Shown: positions 21,800 through 30,667 of the stretch, one piece after another
Numbering within the stretch: position 1 is the first letter of the stretch
Layout: the number at the start of each line of letters is the position of its first letter
Assembly: GCA_013359125.1 (NCBI GenBank)
Contig: JABWCR010000004.1
Coordinates: 84,607 to 148,606 of the forward strand
DNA: 64,000 nt
Source of the DNA: Armatimonadota bacterium
Lineage (GTDB): Bacteria > Armatimonadota > Fimbriimonadia > Fimbriimonadales > GBS-DC
Direction of reading: 5' to 3'
Position numbers and translations under genes: made by a program
Notes under the pieces: model-generated
Told to the model about the DNA's origin: nothing
What the model saw: the letters and a program-made list of their open reading frames with translations, nothing else
Database searches by the model: none

Positions 21800-24700
21800 T
21801 CAGGAAGATTTTTGAAAGTTCTCGATTTCTTTCGAGGCCAGTTGCAGCGCATCGACCACTTTCAACGCTTGCCCTTCGGCTATCAAGCGCTGCCAATTCT
21901 TTGCGCCCAGGGCGTTCTTCGCTTTATCGACTGCCGCTTCCCATCGTTGCTGATCGTCGGGCATCGCATTAAGCAGGTCGTCTTCCAGACGGTCCATCGA
22001 GGCTCCGACCAACACGCCTGCAGAATCCAAGAGGCCGACATGAACAAAGAGCTGTGCGGCGACTCGCAGGGTTGCAACCTGGTTGACCGGAGAACCGACC
22101 TCGAAGGCATCTTGTACGCATTGGGCACAGAAGTCGAACGACTCCCTCACCCGATTCAGTCGATAAAGAAGCTCGACCCCCGCCTCGTAAGCCCCAAAGA
22201 TGCCTCGATTGTCATTGATTTCTTTGCTCTTGGCCAAGGCGCGTTGAGCATAGTCCCATCCTTGTTCGAGTTCGCCTGAATAGAGAAGCGTGGATGCCAA
22301 GTTGCGGTAATTCTTGGCTTCCCATAGCATGTTGCGTTGTCGAAGGTTGAACTCGAGCGACGATTCGTACAGTTCTCTGGCTTTGGCATAGTTCCCTCGG
22401 CTGCGCTGCACGTTGCCCATGTTGTTCTTGATCGCCGCTACGCCGGACAGATCGCCGATACGGGCATAGTATTTGAGCGCTTGTTGGTACGCCTCGTCGG
22501 CCGCTTCGATGTCTGCCTTGTATTGGTGCGTCGTGCCGATGTTGAGGTAGTTATGGGCGAGCCAAGAGTAGTTGCCCATTTTCAGGTTGATGTCTCTGGC
22601 CTCTTCAAACAGGGCCATGGCTTCGTCCAGTCTGTCGATCTGCTGCAAGGGCAGGCCCATATTGTTCAGGCAGCCGGCAACTCCCCTCAAGTCTCCTTGC
22701 TCCCGACGAAGCTTCATAGCGATCTCTATGTGCTTAATTCCATCAAGATAGTTGCCTTGATTGGTGTATGCATTACCGAGACCATTGTGGACCTCGGCAA
22801 TTCCAATTCTGTGGTTCATGCTCTCTGCCAGTTCGAGCGCCTTTCCGTAAATCTGTTCGGTATCTGCATGTCTGGCTTGGGACCAGGCGACCGTCGCCTT
22901 GGCAAGCAACATTCGCAGATAGAGCGTTTGATCCTGCGGGTCGATAATCTGTTCTGCTTGGTCTGCAGCCGACTGAGCGCCCACATAGTCGCCGACGCGT
23001 ATACAGCTTGCGGATTTCGTTACCAAAGCGATCCCATGCCACACCGTATTGGCAGGTTTAGCGGCCAAGTACTTTTCTAGCCATCGCAGAATCTCGCCCC
23101 AATAGCCCTTAACCCCAAAGTAGTGCCGAAGCGCCTCGATCAACCGGACGCCTTGATCCCACTCGCCATGAGATTCTGCAAAGGCGAGCGCCGCCCAGAC
23201 GTTTTCAATCTTGGAGTCCCACTTGTCGAACAACTCGAGCTGCCGCTCGCTTAGCATCGCCCCGCAGTCTTCCTCCGCACGATCGATGAAGTACTGCAGG
23301 TGTCGAAGTCGGAGCTTCGTTTGTTCGTGCGGCGCCAGTTGCGACCATCCGTAGGCTTGCAACGTTTCTAGCAGCCGATACCGTCGTTCGTCCGCCGCGT
23401 CGAATCCAATGATCAGGCTCGATTCCTGAAGTTGGTGCAGCCCCTCGAGCGCATCGGGCCACTCGAGAATGGCCTCAGCCGCTTCCAGATTCCAGCCGCC
23501 TCTAAAAACCGAGAGTTGACTGAACCGAGTTCTGAGTTCTGGGTCTAACAGCTTCATGCTCCATTCGACGGTGCCGCGCAGCGTGCGCTGTCTCTCGGCA
23601 AGGTCCTTTCTTGGAGACGTTAGCCAGTCTAACCTCTGCGAAATTCGTTCGACCATTTGCCTTGGGCTGAGCAGGCGGATGCGCGCTGCCGCCAACTCTA
23701 TCGCAAGCGGTATGCCCTCAAGTTCGCGGCAAAGTTGTGCTACAGACGCTGCGTTTCCCGCTGAAAGGGCAAAATCGGGCATTTTCTGCTGGGCGCGATC
23801 GATGAAGAGTTCGACGCAAGGATTGCTCTGAAGGCTCTCCAGTTCGTCGTCCGTAGGGAGCGGCAGAAGGCCAATGGGAAACTCTTGCTCGGCGGCCAGA
23901 CCAAGGGGCAGGCGAGAGGTAACGATAATCCTAAGCGCGCTCGCTTGGTCCAGAAGTTTCGGAAGCGTCTCGACGCCGCCTTCGATCAGTTGCTCGAAGT
24001 TGTCCAATATCAGGAGCGATGGCGATTCGGAGAGGACCGCCGCCGACTGATCGAGCGTGGAGGCTCCTCGAATAGGGGTTAGGCGCAGAACAGAGGCGAT
24101 CGCATCGGGAATTATGGACGGGTCGTCCACATCTTGAAGTTGAACGAACCACGCGCCGCCTGGAAAGGCCGACTGCGCGTTACGGGCAGACTGTAGCGCT
24201 AATCTCGTCTTTCCTACGCCTCCAAAGCCGATGAGAGTGATCAGCCTTGGTCCTTGTGCATCGCCGAGCATGTCGCAGAGGCGCTCCAGTTCTGACTCTC
24301 GTCCTACAAAGCGCGATCGGGAAGAAGGAAGATTGCCTTTCCGCGATTCTGGGCTTACTGCCGCCGGCGTTTGCTCGACTTCTTCTGGCGCGGGCAGAAT
24401 CGCTGCCGCAACGCCCACGACGACCGGGCGCGATCGTTCTAGGACTGGGGTCCGTACAGTTTGACGGGCAAATTTGCCTTGAAGGGCATTCTGCGCCTCT
24501 TGCGACGGCTCGTTGCCCCACTCTTCTTTGATCATCTTCTCCAGCGCTTGGTATTGCCTTTGAGCGGACGCTCTGTCGCCGCTAGCGACCATAAGTCGGA
24601 TCGCCGCAACGTGCGCGTCTTCCCGCAACGGGTCTGCGGCCACTGCTCGTTTAGCGTACTCCAGCCCTTTTCTTGGATTGTGCGAATGGAGTTCGGCCAA

Positions 24701-25198
24701 TCGATTGAGCGCGGATATATAGGCGTCGTGAAGGCGCGGCTGCTCGTCCATGATCCAGTCGGCATAAAATCCGGGCATCAGTTCTCCCTTGAAGAGGCCG
24801 ACGGCTTGTTCGAGAGCGGCCATCTCTGCCGATGGATCGGAGATCTTGTTAGCCGCCTCGATCAGACGCGCAAACCGGTGGGCGTCGCACGTTGCAAAAT
24901 CGGGATTGAGGCCGACCGTGCGCCGATCGGCCTGGAGCACAGTTCCCGGCTCTATGCCTGCCGGTTCTAATTGGTTGCGAAGCGAGGAGACCGCCTTGCT
25001 GAGGCTGTTGCGCGCCTGATCGGGGTCGCTGTCGGGCCACAGCATCTCGATGAGCGTTTCGCGCGGATGCTCTCGACCCAAAAAGTAGGCGCAGTATGCC
25101 AGCAGAAGCGCGGTCTTCTCGGTTCTGAACCGAGCGACGACGCGGCCAGAGACTATGGCCTTGATTCCGCCAAAGAGTTCGACCTGGCAAAGCTCCAT
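21800..25198 (-). CDS. SARP/BTAD winged-helix + NB-ARC (STAND) ATPase + TPR transcriptional regulator (AfsR-like)
   Basis: The N-terminal region shows DNA-binding/BTAD features (LLAYCAYFLGREHPRETLIEMLWPD...; ...REDAHVAAIRLMVASGDRASA). Walker A is LIGFGGVGKTRLAL. The C-terminal half contains many TPR-like repeats (NNMGN..., G.Y..A...YE.AL). Confidence 0.8.
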   Translation of the reverse strand: MELCQVELFGGIKAIVSGRVVARFRTEKTALLLAYCAYFLGREHPRETLIEMLWPDSDPDQARNSLSKAVSSLRNQLEPAGIEPGTVLQADRRTVGLNPDFATCDAHRFARLIEAANKISDPSAEMAALEQAVGLFKGELMPGFYADWIMDEQPRLHDAYISALNRLAELHSHNPRKGLEYAKRAVAADPLREDAHVAAIRLMVASGDRASAQRQYQALEKMIKEEWGNEPSQEAQNALQGKFARQTVRTPVLERSRPVVVGVAAAILPAPEEVEQTPAAVSPESRKGNLPSSRSRFVGRESELERLCDMLGDAQGPRLITLIGFGGVGKTRLALQSARNAQSAFPGGAWFVQLQDVDDPSIIPDAIASVLRLTPIRGASTLDQSAAVLSESPSLLILDNFEQLIEGGVETLPKLLDQASALRIIVTSRLPLGLAAEQEFPIGLLPLPTDDELESLQSNPCVELFIDRAQQKMPDFALSAGNAASVAQLCRELEGIPLAIELAAARIRLLSPRQMVERISQRLDWLTSPRKDLAERQRTLRGTVEWSMKLLDPELRTRFSQLSVFRGGWNLEAAEAILEWPDALEGLHQLQESSLIIGFDAADERRYRLLETLQAYGWSQLAPHEQTKLRLRHLQYFIDRAEEDCGAMLSERQLELFDKWDSKIENVWAALAFAESHGEWDQGVRLIEALRHYFGVKGYWGEILRWLEKYLAAKPANTVWHGIALVTKSASCIRVGDYVGAQSAADQAEQIIDPQDQTLYLRMLLAKATVAWSQARHADTEQIYGKALELAESMNHRIGIAEVHNGLGNAYTNQGNYLDGIKHIEIAMKLRREQGDLRGVAGCLNNMGLPLQQIDRLDEAMALFEEARDINLKMGNYSWLAHNYLNIGTTHQYKADIEAADEAYQQALKYYARIGDLSGVAAIKNNMGNVQRSRGNYAKARELYESSLEFNLRQRNMLWEAKNYRNLASTLLYSGELEQGWDYAQRALAKSKEINDNRGIFGAYEAGVELLYRLNRVRESFDFCAQCVQDAFEVGSPVNQVATLRVAAQLFVHVGLLDSAGVLVGASMDRLEDDLLNAMPDDQQRWEAAVDKAKNALGAKNWQRLIAEGQALKVVDALQLASKEIENFQKSS

Positions 25199-25222
25199 CC
25201 CGGTCAGGATGTTACCTGGGCC

Positions 25223-25630
25223 TTAGGACCATTCCCAAGATTCCTTGTGTTTGGTTTCCAATCGGGCTTGGATTTGGGAAAGGAGTTCTTCGGCCTGGCG
25301 GTAGTGCGGGTCGATCTTGAGCGCTAACTGAAGCTCTTCGATGGCCTCGTAGGTTTTGCCCACTTTGTCGAGTATAGCGGCATAGTTGTAATGCGCCATG
25401 GCATGGCCGTTATCGAGCGCCGCGGCTCGCGCGAACGATTTCACGGCATCGTCCATGTTGGACATGTGGTAGTAGGCGATCCCTAGAAACGTGTGCAGAT
25501 CTGCGCAGGCCGGATGGCCGTGCACGGCTTCCTGAAGAGCATCGATCGCCTCTTGGTAGCGCCCTGCCTTCAGAGCGTCTCGGGCTTTGTCTTCGGCTGC
25601 TTTAATGTCTGGGTCTTGATGCATCGACAT
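25223..25630 (-). CDS. TPR-repeat protein
   Basis: 135 aa with three recognisable TPR units (RYQEAIDALQEAV..., FLGIAYYHMSNMDDAVKSFARAAALD, HYNYAAILDKVGKTYEAIEELQLALKIDP). Confidence 0.7.
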   Translation of the reverse strand: MSMHQDPDIKAAEDKARDALKAGRYQEAIDALQEAVHGHPACADLHTFLGIAYYHMSNMDDAVKSFARAAALDNGHAMAHYNYAAILDKVGKTYEAIEELQLALKIDPHYRQAEELLSQIQARLETKHKESWEWS

Positions 25631-25662
25631 GGAGTCCCCCTTTGAAGGATCAAACTATACGA

Positions 25663-26574
25663 TTACTTGGATAAAATGGCCTGCAATGTGCGACTCGCCG
25701 CAGGTCGATGGAGCTTTTCGAGCACGAATCGAGAAGCTTCGGTCAGTTTCTCGATGTCGACGCCGGTTTCGATGCCCATCTCGGACAGCATATAGAGGAG
25801 GTCTTCTGAGGCTAAGTTGCCGGCGGCTCCGGGCGCAAAGGGACATCCGCCCAAACCGGCGGCAGACGAGTCGAATATCCAGATTCCATGAAGCATGGCC
25901 GTTAAAACGTTGGCCGCCGCCATGCCTCGCGTGTCGTGGAAGTGGTAGGCAAGTCTTTCTGGCGGAATCACCCTCAACAAGGAGTCCGTCAGTTTGGAAA
26001 CTCTGGCGGGAGTCGCGGTACCAATGGTGTCGCCGATAGCAATCTCATCCGCGCCGATCTTGCCGAGTTGGTTGGCAACCGAAGATACGGCCTTGACCGG
26101 CACTGCGCCTTCGTACGGGCAATCAAAGGCCGTCGAGACGTAGGCGCGAACCCAAAGTCCCGCTCCCTTAGCCTGCGCCACGACCTCGGCATAGTTGGCC
26201 AGCGACTGTTCGATGGTCATGTTGATGTTTTTTTGGCTGAACGATTCGCTGGCTGCTGCGAAGACGGCGATTTCTTGGGCGCCTGATTCGACTGCGAGCT
26301 GAAGGCCTTTGGCGTTGGGCACCAAGACCGGGTAGCGAACCCCTAAGTTGCGTTGTATGGCCTTGAGGACGTCGCCCGTATCGGCCATCTGAGGCACGAG
26401 CGACGGCTTGACGAATGCGCCCGCCTCGATGGCGCTGAAGCCGGCCGCCGAAAGGAGATCGATGAACTGAGTTCTATCCTGCCACGATAGAGCGACCGGC
26501 TCGTTCTGAAGACCGTCCCGTGGTCCGACCTCGACGATTCTGACGCGCTTGGGCAGTTTTATGGAGGCGATCAT
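25663..26574 (-). CDS. hydroxymethylglutaryl-CoA lyase
   Basis: VRIVEVGPRDGLQNE...IAIGDTIGTATP...HFHDTRGMAAANVL...AAGLGGCPFAPGAAGN. I chose the Met at 26574, after the upstream stop at 26591. Confidence 0.85.
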   Translation of the reverse strand: MIASIKLPKRVRIVEVGPRDGLQNEPVALSWQDRTQFIDLLSAAGFSAIEAGAFVKPSLVPQMADTGDVLKAIQRNLGVRYPVLVPNAKGLQLAVESGAQEIAVFAAASESFSQKNINMTIEQSLANYAEVVAQAKGAGLWVRAYVSTAFDCPYEGAVPVKAVSSVANQLGKIGADEIAIGDTIGTATPARVSKLTDSLLRVIPPERLAYHFHDTRGMAAANVLTAMLHGIWIFDSSAAGLGGCPFAPGAAGNLASEDLLYMLSEMGIETGVDIEKLTEASRFVLEKLHRPAASRTLQAILSK

Positions 26575-26590
26575 TGGCGCGCTCCTGCGC

Positions 26591-27034
26591 TTAGATAGTT
26601 TCGACTTCGACAAGGATTTCTCCTTCTTTGACGACTTGGCCAACTGTGCACTTGATGGAAGTAACTTTTCCATCGTGCGGTGCGACCAGAGGCTGCTCCA
26701 TTTTCATCGCTTCTAGCACAACAAGGCGCTGCCTTGCATGGACTTCGTCGCCAATGGACACTAGGACTTCCGTAACGACACCCGGCATGGGCGCCGAGAG
26801 AGTATCGGCCTGATGTCCGTGCGATCGTTTCTTTGTTGTCTTTGCGGGTTCGGCTCGCCAGGTTCGGCCTTGATGACCAATCCAGACTTCAGAAACGCTG
26901 GACGCCATGAATAGGGCGACTTTGCGGCCATTGCAATCGATGATCGCTTTGTGTCGGCTGTCCCACGAGACGGTCGCGTCGAGCACGCCGCTTAAGTCAT
27001 AGATTTGACTGCGAATCTTATACTTTTGATTCAT
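26591..27034 (-). CDS. biotin carboxyl carrier / biotinyl-domain protein (stand-alone C-terminal part of an acyl-CoA carboxylase alpha subunit)
   Basis: The biotinylation motif LEAMKMEQPLVAPHDGKV is present. ATGA overlap with the upstream biotin carboxylase. Confidence 0.75.
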   Translation of the reverse strand: MNQKYKIRSQIYDLSGVLDATVSWDSRHKAIIDCNGRKVALFMASSVSEVWIGHQGRTWRAEPAKTTKKRSHGHQADTLSAPMPGVVTEVLVSIGDEVHARQRLVVLEAMKMEQPLVAPHDGKVTSIKCTVGQVVKEGEILVEVETI

Positions 27035-28455
27035 TGGGCTTTAAGCCTCCATGCATCGATCCATGGGCCTTGGCTTTGTGCAGACTCTATCGGTCGAGCC
27101 TGAGCCAAAGCGATCAAGACTTCATCGGTAGGCGGGGGTGGGGTTATCTCCATATTCTCTACGCTGTCGATCGTTATAGAACCCGACCGGAAGGCCGCCG
27201 AACCGATCAGGTCTATCAGGAATCCGACGTTGGTCCAGATTCCAAGGATTACAGTTTCCTGCAGCGCCAGTCTCAGACGATCGATGGCTTCGTCGCGGTC
27301 TGCTCCCCATGCGATGACCTTGCCAAGAAGCGAATCGTAGTTGAGGGTGATCTCGTCTCCAGATTCTAGCGCGCTGTCTACCCGAACGAAGGGTCTTCTC
27401 GGCCATTCGACATAGAGGGCTGTTCCGGTCGATGGAGCGAAGTTTGAATAGGGGTCTTCGGCGCAGATTCTGGCTTCGATCGCCCATCCGTACTGGCTAC
27501 TCGGTTGATCGGGCGCCGGTAGTCCTTGTGCGATCCTTAGCTGGGCTTTGACAAGATCGATGCCGGTTACCAGTTCGGTTACCGGGTGTTCGACCTGCAG
27601 ACGCGCATTGACTTCGAGAAAGTAGACCTCGTCGCCCGATACAAGAAACTCGACCGTGCCCGCATTGGTGTAACCGGCTTTCTTGGCAATCGCTACTGCA
27701 GAATTCGTGAGCCGATCTCGCGCTTCGGACGAGAGTTTAGGCGCTGGGCTTTCTTCGATGATCTTCTGCCGGCGCCGCTGGGCAGAACAATCGCGCTCGA
27801 ACAGATGGATGGCGCTTCCATGAACGTCGGCCAAGATTTGAACCTCTACATGGCGGGCGGGCGCGATAAGCTTCTCGATCATTAGGCGATCGTCTCCAAA
27901 TGCGCCTTGGGCTTCGCGTCGAGCGGCGGCAAGGTTAGGGGCCAGATCGCTAGCGTTGTCAACGACGCGCTGACCGCGACCACCGCCGCCCGCAATCGCC
28001 TTGATGAGCAGTGGAAATCCGATTTTTTGGGCCTCTGCTTTTAACCGGTCGTCCGATTGGTCTTCTCCAAAGTAGCCAGGGACGACCCTAGCGCCAGCCT
28101 GTTGCGCCAGTCGCTTCGCATCGTCTTTGTTGCCTAGAAGTCGCATTGCGCTTGGCGGGGGACCAATGAAGGTAAGACCAGACCTTTGACAGGCTTCGGC
28201 AAACTCAGCGTTTTCAGCCAGAAAGCCGTATCCGGGATGGATGGCGTTGGACTCGGACTCTATGGCTGCTTGGATTATGCGGTCGGACTGCAAGTAGCTG
28301 TCGCCGATGCGGCGACTTTGGGTTGCATGGGAAAGATAGCCAGCGCGAGAGTCGGCATCGGTGTAAACGGCAACCGTTTCGATGCCGGATTCCGTGCACG
28401 CCTGGATGATTCGCCTTGCGATCTCGCCTCGATTGGCGATCAAAACTCGTTTCAC
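27031..28455 (-). CDS. biotin carboxylase (acetyl-/methylcrotonyl-CoA carboxylase alpha, BC domain only)
   Basis: MKRVLIANRGEIARRII...HPGYGFLAENAEFA...GGGGRGQRVV...EVNARLQVEHPVTE. GTG start overlapping the rlmN stop. Confidence 0.85.
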   Translation of the reverse strand: MKRVLIANRGEIARRIIQACTESGIETVAVYTDADSRAGYLSHATQSRRIGDSYLQSDRIIQAAIESESNAIHPGYGFLAENAEFAEACQRSGLTFIGPPPSAMRLLGNKDDAKRLAQQAGARVVPGYFGEDQSDDRLKAEAQKIGFPLLIKAIAGGGGRGQRVVDNASDLAPNLAAARREAQGAFGDDRLMIEKLIAPARHVEVQILADVHGSAIHLFERDCSAQRRRQKIIEESPAPKLSSEARDRLTNSAVAIAKKAGYTNAGTVEFLVSGDEVYFLEVNARLQVEHPVTELVTGIDLVKAQLRIAQGLPAPDQPSSQYGWAIEARICAEDPYSNFAPSTGTALYVEWPRRPFVRVDSALESGDEITLNYDSLLGKVIAWGADRDEAIDRLRLALQETVILGIWTNVGFLIDLIGSAAFRSGSITIDSVENMEITPPPPTDEVLIALAQARPIESAQSQGPWIDAWRLKAQ

Positions 28456-29483
28456 AACCGGCTTCCTTTCAACTGACCGCAGGCTGCTGCAATGTCGTGG
28501 CCTTTCTCCTCGCGTTGGGTGGTTTCGATGCCTTTTTCGGTCAGCTTATCTCGGAACAGTCGAACTTGCGATGAGCCGGGGCGCTGAAAGTTTAAGTCTG
28601 TACGAACAAAGTTAAACGGAATGAGGTTGACCAGGCAAGGGAAGCCCTTAAGCAGACCTGCGAGTTGGTCCGCGTGTTCTGCCTGGTCGTTAATCCCTTT
28701 AAGAAGGAGATACTCGAAGGTAACGCGACGGCCCGTTTGAGCGAAGTAACTTCGGCAGGCATCGAGCAGTTCGGCGATCGACCACTTTTTGGCAACCGGC
28801 ATCAGCGACTTCCTAAGTTCGTCGTTTGGCGCATGAAGCGAGACAGCGAGCGTAATCTGAAGTTTCTCCTTTGCCAAATCTAAAATGCGCGGAACGATTC
28901 CGACGGTTGAAATCGTCATTCGTCTCATGCCAATGCCAATCTCCTTGTTCATAAGGCGAATTGAGGTCAGGACATTATCGAAGTTGAGCATCGGCTCGCC
29001 CATTCCCATAAAAACGACATGACTGATCCGGCTTGAAGAAAGGGACTGCATGAGAAGAAGCTGATCGACAATCTCCCCCGGGGTCAGGTTCCTTCCGGCG
29101 CCTAATTGTGCCGTTGCGCAAAAATGGCAACCCATGGCGCAGCCTACCTGCGAACTGAGGCATACGCTGGTCCGGTCTTTGAAAGGCAGAAGCACACACT
29201 CGACTTGTTCCTTGTCGGACAGTTCTACAAGACATTTGATCGTTCCGTCTGCCGATTCCTGTTTTAAGTATAACTTTATGGCCTCAATCTGAAACTTTTC
29301 TTCAAGCAGCGAACGGAGGCTTGCAGGCAGGTCCGTCATCTGGTCGAAGCTGCGGCAGTTGGCCGTGTAGACCCAGCGAGCCATCTGTCGCGCTCGATAG
29401 ATCGGATGGCCTAACTGCTCGACGATTCCTGCCATATCGATCGTCGAGAGGCCGACCAGTGGTTGGGTTTGAACAGCATTCAT
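28452..29483 (-). CDS. rlmN: 23S rRNA/tRNA (adenine-C2)-methyltransferase, radical SAM
   Basis: CLSSQVGCAMGCHFCATAQLG is the CxxxCxxC motif. Also GMGEPMLNF and a C-terminal ...DIAAACGQL. Confidence 0.9.
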   Translation of the reverse strand: MNAVQTQPLVGLSTIDMAGIVEQLGHPIYRARQMARWVYTANCRSFDQMTDLPASLRSLLEEKFQIEAIKLYLKQESADGTIKCLVELSDKEQVECVLLPFKDRTSVCLSSQVGCAMGCHFCATAQLGAGRNLTPGEIVDQLLLMQSLSSSRISHVVFMGMGEPMLNFDNVLTSIRLMNKEIGIGMRRMTISTVGIVPRILDLAKEKLQITLAVSLHAPNDELRKSLMPVAKKWSIAELLDACRSYFAQTGRRVTFEYLLLKGINDQAEHADQLAGLLKGFPCLVNLIPFNFVRTDLNFQRPGSSQVRLFRDKLTEKGIETTQREEKGHDIAAACGQLKGSRL

Positions 29484-30667
29484 CGGGTTTCAATATACCT
29501 GGCGGTTACGGGTTGTCGAGCCAGCACGAGGGCGCGAACGAAAAAGAGGACCATGAACGGCGCCATGTGCAAAAGGGTGCGCGAACCGCCGGCATAGAGC
29601 CAGATGAAGAACCAGCTGACGAACCAGACGATTGCAATCAGCCAAAGATCGCGCGAACGAACGCGAGCGCCGACAAAGAACCCAATGTGAGCAATGATCA
29701 GGAAGATCCAGTAGGCGAAGTCGATCAGCACACTCTTCGCGCTCCGGTGCTCTGGTTTCTGCAGACCAATGGGACTGAGCGTGAGGCGCGTCTTTTGCCA
29801 AACAAGGCTTGCAAAATCGGTCGGGTTTTCCTTGATCCAGGCAAGAGCGAGATCCATGTACTTTCGGTCGCCATCGACCCAGTTGTCCGCCTTTGTAAAG
29901 TCGGCGACGACCACTTCCTCTCCCTTAAGCGCGATCCGTTCGGGGGGCTTCATGGCAAATCCACCGTCCGCTTCCGGGTTGTTGCTCCAGAAAAGTACAA
30001 ATCCGCCAAGCGAAATTGGTACAAATCTGTCAAATCGGCTGGAGATGTAGATTACATACGGCGCTATGATCAGCGCTGAGGCGAGCAGGAAGATGCCCGC
30101 AGGTTTCCATCCTTCCTTGCGCCATGTCCAGATCGCAAAGAGGGGCAGAAGCGGCAAAAGATTGGCCCGGGTCAACGCCAGAAGTCCGACCAGAATGGCC
30201 GAACGGATGCGCGACCCGTCCCACAATAGCCAAATCGACCAGACAACCAAGGGTATGACAAGGTTTTCGGTATAGAGCCAGCCGCTGAGCAAGATCAGTT
30301 GTGGGTGCAGGGCAGTGAGCCAAAACGTCCAGTGGGCGATTCGCTCGTCAAACAGTTTGCGCGCGCAAGCGGCAGCGCCAAAGGCAGAGAGTACTCCCAA
30401 AATCGCATTGACCACCCTGACGGCATCCGGCGCGTGCCCAAAAACCCAATAGACAGACGCCATTAGATAGATGTAGAGCGGCGATGTCTGGAGGCCTTTG
30501 GTAAACTCCAATCGACCTTCGCTGGCCAGAATCCATGCCATCTCGTCGTGAAAGACGGAATCGCCGTGCAAAGGGTCTTGACGCAAGTAGGGATCGATCC
30601 TCGTCGCCAACAGTGCGTAAGCGATGCGAAAGGCGACGAGCGCGATGAGGGCGATCGACCGGTTCAC
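29480..30667 (-). CDS. polytopic membrane protein, GT-C fold glycosyltransferase-like (PMT_2/ArnT-like)
   Basis: About 10 hydrophobic segments. The first loop carries an acidic motif DPLHGDSVFHDE, typical of family 39/83-type GT-C enzymes. Confidence 0.6.
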   Translation of the reverse strand: MNRSIALIALVAFRIAYALLATRIDPYLRQDPLHGDSVFHDEMAWILASEGRLEFTKGLQTSPLYIYLMASVYWVFGHAPDAVRVVNAILGVLSAFGAAACARKLFDERIAHWTFWLTALHPQLILLSGWLYTENLVIPLVVWSIWLLWDGSRIRSAILVGLLALTRANLLPLLPLFAIWTWRKEGWKPAGIFLLASALIIAPYVIYISSRFDRFVPISLGGFVLFWSNNPEADGGFAMKPPERIALKGEEVVVADFTKADNWVDGDRKYMDLALAWIKENPTDFASLVWQKTRLTLSPIGLQKPEHRSAKSVLIDFAYWIFLIIAHIGFFVGARVRSRDLWLIAIVWFVSWFFIWLYAGGSRTLLHMAPFMVLFFVRALVLARQPVTARYIETR

